A stretch of DNA of 64,000 nt, taken from Escherichia phage vB_EcoS_I14. Shown here piece after piece: positions 53,446 through 62,626 of this stretch (position 1 is the stretch's first letter; every line of letters starts with the position of its first letter). A program made the translations under genes and the position numbers. The stretch lies in the sequence record PP892525.1. One strand, written 5' to 3'. The notes beneath the pieces are model-generated. The model was not told the DNA's origin. It saw only the letters and a program-made list of their open reading frames with translations, and did no database searches.

Positions 53446-53862
53446 ATGTTTGCAGAACTATTCACTATGATGCTGCTAGGTATCTGGAAAATAAGTCTAG
53501 TAGTATTCGTTTTAATGATAGTCTTTACTATCCTTGCATTAACTACCCGAAATAGCTTGTTAATAAAGGTTATTCACGGACTAGAGTATATAATTATGGG
53601 TTCATTCGGCGTTTGTAAATGCAATTGCCATAGAGATACGAAATATTGTTGGTTATGGATGGAACTAGAGAATCCTATATCCATAGCTTTGGCTGTTTCA
53701 TTCGGCATGATTCTTATGGCCCTTACTCTAGCATTAATACCTTTGATGTTAGCTGGGGGAGTTACAGCGTATTTCACCCTTTTCTCCCCGATACTTATGT
53801 ACTCAATTTACCCAATAACTATGTATCTAGTTAGGAAAAGATTTATACACGCAGAAGATTAA
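53446..53862 (+). CDS. polytopic membrane protein (138 aa)
   Basis: about four hydrophobic helices plus CKCNCH cluster; RBS TAGGAGAAAG. Confidence 0.5.
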   Translation: MFAELFTMMLLGIWKISLVVFVLMIVFTILALTTRNSLLIKVIHGLEYIIMGSFGVCKCNCHRDTKYCWLWMELENPISIALAVSFGMILMALTLALIPLMLAGGVTAYFTLFSPILMYSIYPITMYLVRKRFIHAED

Positions 53863-53874
53863 GATAAAAAAGTA

Positions 53875-53903
53875 TTTGACTTTTAGCCCTAGTTATTATA
53901 TAA
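53875..53903 (+). promoter_or_regulatory. promoter: -35 TTGACT, -10 TATAAT
   Basis: 17 bp spacer. Confidence 0.6.
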
Positions 53904-53937
53904 TATATACATAAATTAGTTAAGAGAGGTATATATT

Positions 53938-54369
53938 ATGTCTGATCGTTTCTATACTCAAATGGCGGAACATTTTCGTATACCACATTACGAGCTAAAC
54001 ATTGCACTCCGTGATCATGACTCTCCTGAGTACAAAAAGCTCGAAAAGAAAGCGGAAAAATCTATTGATACAAAGGTAGGTGCATCTATGTCTAAGGGCA
54101 AAAAGTTAACTCGTCTTGATCTTAATAAAATTTTAACTGAACTTTTGGGTACTGATATTGAAGGTGCTAAATTACCACTTCTTGTACTAGAGACTATGAT
54201 TAAAAAGGTCAAAAATAAAGAGTATAAAAAGGTAGAAGTCCCAGAAGGCAGATTAAAGGCTCCTTATCAGGAAGCATTAACCGAGTGTTTGGGTGTAAAT
54301 CTTGATCTGAGCACCGCAACCGTAAAAACTATGAAAAACTTCTTAGAGGCCATTAATAACTATGAGTAA
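53938..54369 (+). CDS. hypothetical protein (143 aa)
   Basis: RBS AGAGAGG. Confidence 0.5.
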   Translation: MSDRFYTQMAEHFRIPHYELNIALRDHDSPEYKKLEKKAEKSIDTKVGASMSKGKKLTRLDLNKILTELLGTDIEGAKLPLLVLETMIKKVKNKEYKKVEVPEGRLKAPYQEALTECLGVNLDLSTATVKTMKNFLEAINNYE

Positions 54370-54652
54370 ATTAGTATATTTATTAAAAGGTTCCACTTGC
54401 AATCCTTGCAAACTTTTCGAGCCAGTGTTTGATAAAGTAGTCAGTGACTATAATTTGGAAATCCATAAAGAGACTGATAATACAGAATTAATGCAGAAAT
54501 TTGGTGTGCGCCAAGTTCCTGTAGTAGTTCTGGCGGATCGTTTACCTAATGGTCGAGTAGAAGCTAATCATATTTTGATTGGACGTCAGCTTCGTAAAGA
54601 AACTATGCACGAAGCTATTAAAAATTTCCTGGAGGATAATCCAGAGGACTAA
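54362..54652 (+). CDS. thioredoxin-fold CxxC protein
   Basis: CNPC redox motif near N-terminus; 96 aa. Confidence 0.5.
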   Translation: MSKLVYLLKGSTCNPCKLFEPVFDKVVSDYNLEIHKETDNTELMQKFGVRQVPVVVLADRLPNGRVEANHILIGRQLRKETMHEAIKNFLEDNPED

Positions 54653-54658
54653 TAAACA

Positions 54659-54692
54659 AAGCCTGATCTTAGCTGATCAGGCTTTTATTTTA
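54659..54692 (+). terminator. rho-independent terminator
   Basis: stem AGCCTGATC/GATCAGGCT followed by TTTATTTTA. Confidence 0.75.
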
Positions 54693-54693
54693 C

Positions 54694-54722
54694 TTGCTTT
54701 TTGCTAAAAATCTTGGTATAAT
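54694..54722 (+). promoter_or_regulatory. T5-type promoter: -35 TTGCTT, -10 TATAAT
   Basis: 17 bp spacer. Confidence 0.7.
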
Positions 54723-54750
54723 ACTTATATAAATTGATAGGAGTATTACG

Positions 54751-55128
54751 ATGAACTATGCATATCTAATTATTAATAACAATGTAGTTTGTGGTACTCG
54801 CGCCGTTGAGATGGGTATTACAGAAGAAAAGTATAAGTCACTCCCAGGAAAGGAACAACAATATTATGTTGAAGAAGCTGCTTGGGAATATGCTGATGTT
54901 TATCCCGAACAACGTGAAGATCGCGTTACTATTGTTGTTTCTTTGGGGCTGGTTGGCTGTGATACCGAAATTGATACAGACCTAGAGACTTTAGAAGAGT
55001 GGGAAGAATTAGACATTTCAGCTAAAAACTCTTTAATCCGTGAGGCTTTTTGGGAAGCAGTTGACTGCCATGTTGTCTTTGAACCTAACGATGAGGAAGC
55101 TGAGAAGCATACTAACCAATGGAGATAA
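54751..55128 (+). CDS. hypothetical acidic protein (125 aa)
   Basis: RBS TAGGAG. Confidence 0.5.
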   Translation: MNYAYLIINNNVVCGTRAVEMGITEEKYKSLPGKEQQYYVEEAAWEYADVYPEQREDRVTIVVSLGLVGCDTEIDTDLETLEEWEELDISAKNSLIREAFWEAVDCHVVFEPNDEEAEKHTNQWR

Positions 55129-55132
55129 TTAA

Positions 55133-55378
55133 ATGTTAGCGGAACAAGCAAAACGTTTAGCCAGGATAAATAGAGCTGTACTCCTTAAGAGCAAGAAGAA
55201 AACGTATAAGTATGTTAAAAAGAGAATAGTTTCTTCCGTAGGTATTGGAGGTTCTTTTGTACAGTTTAATCGTGATGAAATTAGTTATGAAGCTATAAAA
55301 GCCCTCTATAAAGAGGGGTATACTCTCCAACTATCTAATGATTATGGCACAACTATTTTAACTGTTATTTGGGAATAA
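55133..55378 (+). CDS. hypothetical protein (81 aa)
   Basis: ORF. Confidence 0.45.
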   Translation: MLAEQAKRLARINRAVLLKSKKKTYKYVKKRIVSSVGIGGSFVQFNRDEISYEAIKALYKEGYTLQLSNDYGTTILTVIWE

Positions 55379-55380
55379 TT

Positions 55381-56244
55381 ATGAAAAAAGAATTTAATGT
55401 ACATAAAACTCTAGTAGTGCCGGATGATGCCAACTTGTTTTTCGTTGGTGATATTCATGGATGCAATGATTTGCTAGAAGATGCGTTGAAATTAGCTGGG
55501 TATAATAGCAAAAAAGATTGCGTAGTATGTGTTGGTGACTTAATTGACCGAGGCACACAAAACTTACAAGTTTTAGCCAAATTCTTGTATAATCCACGTT
55601 TTATCAGTGTCCGTGGTAATCATGACCAATTTATGATTGCAGGAGATTGGGCTAATTGGATGTATAATGGTGGTATGTGGGCTATGAATGAGCTGGATGC
55701 AGATACAATTAAAAATATTGCCGAAGATATGGCTGAAAAAATGCCAGTATTCCTAACTGTCAGACATCGTGGTAATAAATTTGGTGTTGTTCACGGTGGT
55801 GTACCTTTTACGTACAAAGAATGTGGTAATGAGGTAGAAACCCCAGTATGGAATAATCTTATTGCACAAGTAGAAGCAGCTAAAGAAGACCCGCATGACC
55901 ATCCTGAATACCATATTGAGCCATATTTATGGGACCGAGATGTAATCCAAGAAATAGGCTTCCACTTGTCCAAAAAGGGTGAGGAACACCCATATTTCCA
56001 GCGTTATGCAGGATTTAAGGAAAAATACATGGTAGAAGTGCCAGAGGTTAAAGGGGTAGATTTCGTATTTCACGGACATACTGGGGTTCCTTACCCACTT
56101 CTTTATAAAAACCGTGTTTATCTTGATACTGGCGGTGTTTTCAACGGGCAGTTGACGGTTGCGCAAGTTAACGATGAAACAGGTAAAATCACCACATTTA
56201 CCACAGACAAAAATAATAGCTGCGGTGTACAGAGGGTTCTTTAA
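55381..56244 (+). CDS. serine/threonine protein phosphatase (calcineurin-like metallophosphatase)
   Basis: GDIHGC, GDLIDRG, GNHD motifs; ATG at 55381. Confidence 0.8.
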   Translation: MKKEFNVHKTLVVPDDANLFFVGDIHGCNDLLEDALKLAGYNSKKDCVVCVGDLIDRGTQNLQVLAKFLYNPRFISVRGNHDQFMIAGDWANWMYNGGMWAMNELDADTIKNIAEDMAEKMPVFLTVRHRGNKFGVVHGGVPFTYKECGNEVETPVWNNLIAQVEAAKEDPHDHPEYHIEPYLWDRDVIQEIGFHLSKKGEEHPYFQRYAGFKEKYMVEVPEVKGVDFVFHGHTGVPYPLLYKNRVYLDTGGVFNGQLTVAQVNDETGKITTFTTDKNNSCGVQRVL

Positions 56245-56543
56245 TGAATGATAGCACAAAAGATACACAAGAACAGCTAGAATCAATGCATATTGATGCC
56301 CTTCGTTGGAGGGCATTAGTTAATGCTTTCGTCAAAGGAGATACCGGAGTAATATATTCTGGAATAGCAGTCAATTTTTGTTTTAATTCTCCTGCTGAAA
56401 TAGAGATAGAAACAAGGCTTACTACCTACCTTAATGAGGTAGATCTTAAGGAAGGAGAGACTCCCGAGGAGTTTAAAACCAAAGTGTTAACCTCTTGGGC
56501 TAATAGTTTAATACGGAATAAGGAAAAGAATAATGAAAGTTAA
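56244..56543 (+). CDS. hypothetical protein (99 aa)
   Basis: ORF. Confidence 0.45.
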   Translation: MNDSTKDTQEQLESMHIDALRWRALVNAFVKGDTGVIYSGIAVNFCFNSPAEIEIETRLTTYLNEVDLKEGETPEEFKTKVLTSWANSLIRNKEKNNES

Positions 56544-57123
56544 ATTCTGGTCAGACTTGCACCTAGACCACCCTGGAGCGTTACGTTTCCGTCCGTGGTT
56601 TAAGAACATGAAAGAGCACGATGAGTATATTCTAGATACTTTGTCCAAGCATATTGGTAAACGAACAAAACTTATTTTGCTAGGAGATATTGCAGTAGGT
56701 CGTGAAGGTCTAGCTAAATTAAAGTCGGTTATCCACAATGTTCCTAATCAACTGATTATGGGTAATCATGATGCGGAGCGTCAAGGACTGAGTATTAGGG
56801 ACTTAGCGGAAGTTTATGATGATATTCAGGCTCTAGGTAAACAGACTGGAGGTGGCAAAAAGTTTTGGTTATCTCACTGCCCTTTGCACCCCAATGAACT
56901 TCGTGGCAAACTAAATATTCATGGACACGTACATACTACTTCTCTACGTGATCCACGTTATATCAATGTTTCATTTGAAATGAGTAAAACTCCAATTTCA
57001 TTAGAGGATATTGTGTCTGGTAAGTTTACTAGTTACGATAGAATAGTTAACTGTACTACCGGCGAGGTATTACAAATAGGGGAAGACGTAGCTGCTGTAT
57101 TGCGTGGTGATATAAATGTATAA
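56533..57123 (+). CDS. metallophosphoesterase (second calcineurin-like fold)
   Basis: DLHLD, GDIAVG, GNHD, HGHVH motifs. Confidence 0.7.
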   Translation: MKVKFWSDLHLDHPGALRFRPWFKNMKEHDEYILDTLSKHIGKRTKLILLGDIAVGREGLAKLKSVIHNVPNQLIMGNHDAERQGLSIRDLAEVYDDIQALGKQTGGGKKFWLSHCPLHPNELRGKLNIHGHVHTTSLRDPRYINVSFEMSKTPISLEDIVSGKFTSYDRIVNCTTGEVLQIGEDVAAVLRGDINV

Positions 57124-57231
57124 GTATATAGCTGAGGCTATTATTAAACGAATCATACAAGCGATAGCAATACTTATAATCATTTGTATTGCTATTGGCA
57201 CAGGACTAGGCATTTTAATTAAAAGTTTTAT

Positions 57232-57260
57232 TTGCTAAAATGCTTAAGTTTCTGTATAAT
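57232..57260 (+). promoter_or_regulatory. T5-type promoter: -35 TTGCTA, -10 TATAAT
   Basis: 17 bp spacer. Confidence 0.7.
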
Positions 57261-57290
57261 TACTTTATAAATTGATGAGAAGGAATCAAA

Positions 57291-57722
57291 ATGAACAAAG
57301 TTGATAAAGCTCTAGTTTTCGCAGCAGCAGATAAGTTTGAACAAGTTAAGGCAACTTTCCGAACCTTGTTCCAGTCTTACGTTCAGGATAAGTCTAATCC
57401 TATCTCTGAACGTTTGATGGTCTGGGAATGTCATGCTTGCAATGCCCTATTAATTGCGGATTATCGTAGCGATATGGATAAAGATCTGTGCGAAATTCTT
57501 ATCGCTGAGGAGGCAGAACGTTATCAGTTAATCTCTTTCCAAGATTTGGCGGAGCATATCATTCCTGATGATCTTTGGGATAAATACTACGGTGATCCTG
57601 AAGATGAGGGAATGACTCCAGAAGCCTGTATTGAGCTGATCTGCAAAGATCATCCTGAAATTGCAGAGAAATTTGAAAAAGTTTTTGCTTCTGAGTTCTC
57701 CGGCGTTGTTAACGATTGGTAA
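57291..57722 (+). CDS. hypothetical acidic protein (143 aa)
   Basis: RBS GAGAAGGAA. Confidence 0.5.
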   Translation: MNKVDKALVFAAADKFEQVKATFRTLFQSYVQDKSNPISERLMVWECHACNALLIADYRSDMDKDLCEILIAEEAERYQLISFQDLAEHIIPDDLWDKYYGDPEDEGMTPEACIELICKDHPEIAEKFEKVFASEFSGVVNDW

Positions 57723-57739
57723 GTAATTAAAAAATTCAG

Positions 57740-57768
57740 TTGCTTTAAGCCTTAAAATTCTGTATAAT
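57740..57768 (+). promoter_or_regulatory. T5-type promoter: -35 TTGCTT, -10 TATAAT
   Basis: 17 bp spacer. Confidence 0.7.
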
Positions 57769-57800
57769 AAGTTTATAAATTAATGAGAGAGGAAATTCTA

Positions 57801-58052
57801 ATGGAAAACATGACTAAAAATGAAATGGCTAACGTTCTGGCAATTCTCCTCGACATGCAGGGTTTTGAAGGCCAGCTCATGAAGATGTCTATTCCGGCAA
57901 TGAAAAAGATGTATGATTCCCTGAATAAGAATGCTATGGCGTTCAACCTTGCAAAACAGGAAGCACGTTTTGCGAAAGAACATCAGGCAACTGCCGAACG
58001 TCGTGCAGCATCTTTTGAGCGTGAAGTTAAGCAACTGAAAGGTAAGAAATAA
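57801..58052 (+). CDS. hypothetical protein (83 aa)
   Basis: ATG at 57801 after RBS GAGAGAGGAAA. Confidence 0.5.
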   Translation: MENMTKNEMANVLAILLDMQGFEGQLMKMSIPAMKKMYDSLNKNAMAFNLAKQEARFAKEHQATAERRAASFEREVKQLKGKK

Positions 58053-58213
58053 TGGAGAATAAACTAGCATTAGTAGCAATAATGGTAGTTTTCCAAGCGA
58101 TATTTTTGGGACTTATCCACAATAAAGTTTCTAAACTAGAAAACTCAGCAAAAGAACTGAAAGTAGAAATGTGTAAATTAGTCCCGGATAACGAAAAATG
58201 TAGGGGTATTTAA
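58052..58213 (+). CDS. hypothetical small membrane protein (53 aa), below the ORF-track cutoff
   Basis: ATG at 58052 after RBS AAGGTAAGAAA; hydrophobic. Confidence 0.4.
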   Translation: MENKLALVAIMVVFQAIFLGLIHNKVSKLENSAKELKVEMCKLVPDNEKCRGI

Positions 58214-58494
58214 TGTTAATTGAAATTCTCATTGGATTGCTAGTGCTTATGACACTAGTAGCTATAGGTGGGATTATTGGTATTGTAAGCATGCGAAAAA
58301 ATATAGAGAGTATGCTTACTACTAATAGTGGACTTCACTGCCGCTTAATAGAACAAGAACAAGATATTGAACTAGCACAGAGACGCTCAGATATTCTAAA
58401 AGAAAAACTAAACAATATTGAAACAATTGCTGGGAATACAAAACTACCTAATAAAGTAATGCGTGCTCAGATAATTACGGAGATTAAAAAATGA
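58213..58494 (+). CDS. hypothetical membrane protein (93 aa)
   Basis: N-terminal TM helix. Confidence 0.45.
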   Translation: MLIEILIGLLVLMTLVAIGGIIGIVSMRKNIESMLTTNSGLHCRLIEQEQDIELAQRRSDILKEKLNNIETIAGNTKLPNKVMRAQIITEIKK

Positions 58495-58736
58495 TGATGT
58501 TTATTCTAGCGTTTTATCTAATTGTGGTTGGTGTACTGGTTACTAAGTATCACACATGGACACCAAAGAATGTAGCTAAGGTAGCTTTATTTGTTATTCC
58601 AGTCCCACTTATTATCTTTTCTATGCTAATGGTGATGTTAGTTGGTAAAGTAACAAAAACAGATATTAAACGAATTGCGGAGGAATTGCAACAGTCTTGC
58701 GATATGGTAGAGGATATTCTTAAAGATGAAGCTTAA
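58491..58736 (+). CDS. hypothetical membrane protein (81 aa)
   Basis: two hydrophobic helices. Confidence 0.45.
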   Translation: MMMFILAFYLIVVGVLVTKYHTWTPKNVAKVALFVIPVPLIIFSMLMVMLVGKVTKTDIKRIAEELQQSCDMVEDILKDEA

Positions 58737-59052
58737 TTTTAATGAATTAAATACCTTACATGAGATATTACAGTTTGTGAATAACAATATTAGTATTCCA
58801 GATGATACACTAGAAGTTCTCATGTTAATAGAGAAAAAGGTAGGAATTGAAATTGAGGACTCTTGGAAACCACTTTCTGTATTAACACCACTTAATATGA
58901 AAGTGATAGTTAAAAATATTGATACTGGTGAAGAGTGTGAAATGATTCGTAAAGAACTAGCTGATAGCTATTCACCAAAGTCTGTAGTAATGTACCATGA
59001 TGATACCGCTAAGACTCTACAGACAGCTAATTACGTATGGCGTCTCCCATGA
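58726..59052 (+). CDS. hypothetical protein (108 aa)
   Basis: ORF. Confidence 0.45.
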   Translation: MKLNFNELNTLHEILQFVNNNISIPDDTLEVLMLIEKKVGIEIEDSWKPLSVLTPLNMKVIVKNIDTGEECEMIRKELADSYSPKSVVMYHDDTAKTLQTANYVWRLP

Positions 59053-59151
59053 TTGATTTAGTACCAATTACTGCGGGGCTAATAGCGCTATTAGTGCTTG
59101 CAGTTTTTATTATTGTGGAGCAGGCCAAAGTAATAAGGAGACTTAAAAACA

Positions 59152-59352
59152 ATGATAAAACGTCTTGTTTATCAGGCACCAAAGATTGTAACTGAGTATT
59201 TTGTATTACTGCCTCAGATTGTATTTCTAACAGCATTATTTAATATACTTTTTCGACATCTAGGAATAACGGAAAATATCTTCTACACTTCTGAACTACT
59301 TCCTTTTATGTACGAAGGCATCATCGTGGCAATTAATGGAGTTCGTAAATGA
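59152..59352 (+). CDS. hypothetical membrane protein (66 aa)
   Basis: ORF. Confidence 0.4.
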   Translation: MIKRLVYQAPKIVTEYFVLLPQIVFLTALFNILFRHLGITENIFYTSELLPFMYEGIIVAINGVRK

Positions 59353-59810
59353 CAGCACTACAACAACTACAGAATTACTGGTTTGATAACCAATTTAACG
59401 ATCTCTTCATCCAGTTGTTTGTCGAAACGAACGGACGCTTCAACTACCGATTCTTTAATAAGTTTCACGAAACAAAATTCTCTCATACAGAAATTAATGC
59501 AGCGATCCAAGACCTAACCGGTTCTAAAGTAATTCAGTATCGTGAAGTAGACTTTACACCTGATTGTTTTGGGTTTGAGCTGTTTAAGAAAGCGTATAAA
59601 TTTGGTAAGTTTGAGGATGCTCGTCAATGGGTTCATGATTTCTGGTACAACACTGATATTGTTCCTAGTCGTGTACTGATTCTTAACTGGATTGCTAAAC
59701 AACATCCACCTAAAGCTCAATCGTCCTTCTTACCAACTGACACAGGAAACCTTTACCATGACAGAAAAGAAAAATCCATTGCTGGAGCAGATGAAGGAAT
59801 GGGAGAGTAA
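59349..59810 (+). CDS. hypothetical protein (153 aa)
   Basis: ORF. Confidence 0.5.
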   Translation: MTALQQLQNYWFDNQFNDLFIQLFVETNGRFNYRFFNKFHETKFSHTEINAAIQDLTGSKVIQYREVDFTPDCFGFELFKKAYKFGKFEDARQWVHDFWYNTDIVPSRVLILNWIAKQHPPKAQSSFLPTDTGNLYHDRKEKSIAGADEGMGE

Positions 59811-60129
59811 TATTGAATCTGGTCTAGTAGACGGAGAAGATATTGTTAACTCTATGCTAGAAGTAACAATAGATAATATTAACCCTATTTTGGCCAGTGA
59901 AACCTCAGATCTTATAGGACTTTCTAGTACTTTCGATTCTTTAGCTAAATTAGCTTTAGATAATGAAGAGATAACCAAAGAAGATCTCGCCTCAGCTATG
60001 AATATGGCTATTAACGCTTACATTGGCAAACGTACCGATGAACTCGACAAACAAATCAAAAAGCGGGATACAACGTTAAATCTTATGGAAACGGCCACTA
60101 TTTTAAGAAGTGGTAAACAACTTCATTAA
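59758..60129 (+). CDS. hypothetical acidic protein (123 aa)
   Basis: ATG at 59758 with RBS AGGAAA. Confidence 0.45.
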   Translation: MTEKKNPLLEQMKEWESNIESGLVDGEDIVNSMLEVTIDNINPILASETSDLIGLSSTFDSLAKLALDNEEITKEDLASAMNMAINAYIGKRTDELDKQIKKRDTTLNLMETATILRSGKQLH

Positions 60130-60132
60130 TTC

Positions 60133-60169
60133 TAGAGGCCAGGACTTAATTGTTCTGGCCTTTTGTGTT
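60133..60169 (+). terminator. rho-independent terminator
   Basis: stem GGCCAG/CTGGCC followed by TTTTGTGTTT. Confidence 0.65.
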
Positions 60170-60381
60170 TCAAGGAACTTAGTATGAAAACATTAGATAA
60201 CTACCTAAAGGCTAGATATAGCCCTACGGAAGATCAATCTGCTGTAACCTGTGAAATAAGCAAAAATAAAACAGTACGATTAGCTCAAAAAGGTGGAGGA
60301 ACATCCCCCAATATTATTTGGCTATCCGAAGAACAAGCAAAAGACTTATACTGTAAACTAAATAAGTTATTTAATAAGTAA
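60163..60381 (+). CDS. hypothetical protein (72 aa)
   Basis: ORF. Confidence 0.45.
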   Translation: MCFKELSMKTLDNYLKARYSPTEDQSAVTCEISKNKTVRLAQKGGGTSPNIIWLSEEQAKDLYCKLNKLFNK

Positions 60382-60382
60382 C

Positions 60383-60829
60383 ATGCGTGATAAAATAAAT
60401 GAATTATTAATCGAGGAAGCGAACAACTTCCCAATAAATAGGTTTACCAAATCAGATGGGTCTATTAATAGAACTAAGATTAAGCAGCTACATCCCGACT
60501 TTCAACAGGAAGCGCTAAACCTTATCTTTATCAAGAAAGCTGTTGCAGTTCATGGAGCTTTCTTTGGATATGAACGTGTAAATTATAAAACAATGCAACA
60601 GCAAGTCGAGATCTATTGTCCAGATCATGATGGTTATTACTGGCAAACTGCTAGATCTCATTTAGAAGGGCATGGTTGTAGACTGTGTGCACACAAGGTT
60701 GTGCAGCGTGTCACGGATTATGGAACTTATACCGTACCAGCATGTTATCATAAATTTGTAGTTGACGATAATCATATAGTTTGGTATAATAAGTTTTCAA
60801 AGTTAAGAATGGAGATAAATAGTGAGTAG
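60383..60829 (+). CDS. hypothetical Cys/His-rich protein (148 aa)
   Basis: CPDHDGYYW...HLEGHGCRLCAH cluster. Confidence 0.5.
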   Translation: MRDKINELLIEEANNFPINRFTKSDGSINRTKIKQLHPDFQQEALNLIFIKKAVAVHGAFFGYERVNYKTMQQQVEIYCPDHDGYYWQTARSHLEGHGCRLCAHKVVQRVTDYGTYTVPACYHKFVVDDNHIVWYNKFSKLRMEINSE

Positions 60830-61112
60830 CTATATTATATGGTCAAATCCATTAGCAGCACTTAGTAACAAACTATTTAAAACAACGTGGGGCTATAATG
60901 AAATAGACTTAAGCAGTCGCCCAATATCAAATACATGCTCTCTAGTCCCAGATCTGTATAAAGTAGTAATAAATAACGTAGAATATTTGGTTGACGAATT
61001 TGACAGAAAGTATATACTAGAGTGCGTTTATGATAACAACACATCAATGAATGAACTGATAGATCATGCCCAAATGTGTGATAAAAGCTGGATGTTAATA
61101 TGGAAATCATAG
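60822..61112 (+). CDS. hypothetical protein (96 aa)
   Basis: ORF. Confidence 0.45.
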   Translation: MSSYIIWSNPLAALSNKLFKTTWGYNEIDLSSRPISNTCSLVPDLYKVVINNVEYLVDEFDRKYILECVYDNNTSMNELIDHAQMCDKSWMLIWKS

Positions 61113-61333
61113 CAATTATTTTAGTAGTTATGTTATTCATCGTAGTACTTGTATCTTTTGCTATTATGCGTAGAGCTAGAGAACTAGCAGAAGATCTGGT
61201 AAAATTACGGGGTGAGTTGGCTGCTCTTAAGTTACAACGTGAAGCTCTCAAGCTATTCGTAGCTCAAGGTAGCGTAGAGCATACAGCAGAAGACTTCATC
61301 GTATATCTTAAACGTTACATGGGAATCAAATAA
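61100..61333 (+). CDS. hypothetical membrane protein (77 aa)
   Basis: N-terminal TM helix. Confidence 0.45.
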   Translation: MEIIAIILVVMLFIVVLVSFAIMRRARELAEDLVKLRGELAALKLQREALKLFVAQGSVEHTAEDFIVYLKRYMGIK

Positions 61334-61518
61334 TGGAAACTCTTTTTCTTTTAATGCTCGTAGGTTCTCTGTTACTAATACTAGCACTTCTACTAATCTG
61401 CAACATTCTTAATAATAAGAATTTAGAGTTAAAGTGTGAGAACCAAATCCTTAATCGTGAACTTAAACAATATAACCTAGCAGCCCATAAACTGTTAGAC
61501 AAACTGGAGAATAAATAA
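61333..61518 (+). CDS. hypothetical membrane protein (61 aa)
   Basis: N-terminal TM helix. Confidence 0.45.
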   Translation: METLFLLMLVGSLLLILALLLICNILNNKNLELKCENQILNRELKQYNLAAHKLLDKLENK

Positions 61519-62138
61519 TGACATTTAATGCACAACAACCTATTCAAGTAGTACCAGACCATGAACTGAATACGTGGGATTATAGCTTTAAAGATTTAAC
61601 TGCTACTGTACAATTCAAATCTATGAAGCTAACATTTGCACACAATGACCTTAGAGCATGTAAAGATCTTGAGGGTAAGCTCGAAGATGCTCGTAAGATT
61701 TTTGGTAAGGCTCGCATCCCAGCTGATAATCTAATTAACGCATTAATCGATGCATGGTATAAACTTGTGAAGACTGAGGTAAATCGGCCCAGTACTCCAG
61801 TGACTATTAGAGATCCGTGGCAGTTAGGGACAATCTCAATGCTGAATAACTCCGATAAAAGATTAATGTCGGATATGCACAATGTTCCTTGTGGGGGTGT
61901 GGGAAGTAGTACGCAGTCATATAAGTTAGGAGAAGATTACGGCCCTTCTGTACAGTTGAAACATACTCAAGAAGCTTTTGAATCTGATATGCGAAGCGTA
62001 GCACCTGCGGATGCTGGAGTTTCTAGGAGTTCTGTTTGTACTATTCATTTTAATAATCCTAGTAAACATGGAAGCTTAGAAGATGCTATTATGGGGGCGC
62101 TGGGAGCCTCTATTAATGAAGATAAAAGAGGTAATTAA
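61518..62138 (+). CDS. hypothetical protein (206 aa)
   Basis: ORF. Confidence 0.5.
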   Translation: MTFNAQQPIQVVPDHELNTWDYSFKDLTATVQFKSMKLTFAHNDLRACKDLEGKLEDARKIFGKARIPADNLINALIDAWYKLVKTEVNRPSTPVTIRDPWQLGTISMLNNSDKRLMSDMHNVPCGGVGSSTQSYKLGEDYGPSVQLKHTQEAFESDMRSVAPADAGVSRSSVCTIHFNNPSKHGSLEDAIMGALGASINEDKRGN

Positions 62139-62626
62139 TGAAAGAAGCACTTAAGTTTGCTAATATACTATTTGAACCGACGGAGGACTCGTCGGTTTAC
62201 TTTCTACAAATAACTGATGGTGCAAATGTACGACGTTATCTAACTGTATTAACTTTTGAAGCTATTACGCTTATTGAAGCTATTAGAAAAGTCTCTTATG
62301 ACTCAGAAGATGTCCAAACTATTGGATTCCTGAATTTCTTGAAGGAACAGAAATGTGCAGTGATTCCTATGAAAGAACATATTCCTGTTGATAGTACGGG
62401 AATACTAGAGTCTTTCCCACTTACTAAATATACTCAATTACATTTGAAAGAGTATACTATATGTCTGGGAGAGGAAGAGTTTGAGGTTCCTAATCCTAGA
62501 GTCTTATTTGACCTAATAAAGAGAACAGCCAAAAATAAATCTGATGCAAAAGATATTATTAATGGTATCTTGAAACGTGAAAGAAGATTAGCAGCAACAG
62601 CTAGTGGACAGGCGGATGATATATGA
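62138..62626 (+). CDS. hypothetical protein (162 aa)
   Basis: ORF. Confidence 0.5.
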   Translation: MKEALKFANILFEPTEDSSVYFLQITDGANVRRYLTVLTFEAITLIEAIRKVSYDSEDVQTIGFLNFLKEQKCAVIPMKEHIPVDSTGILESFPLTKYTQLHLKEYTICLGEEEFEVPNPRVLFDLIKRTAKNKSDAKDIINGILKRERRLAATASGQADDI

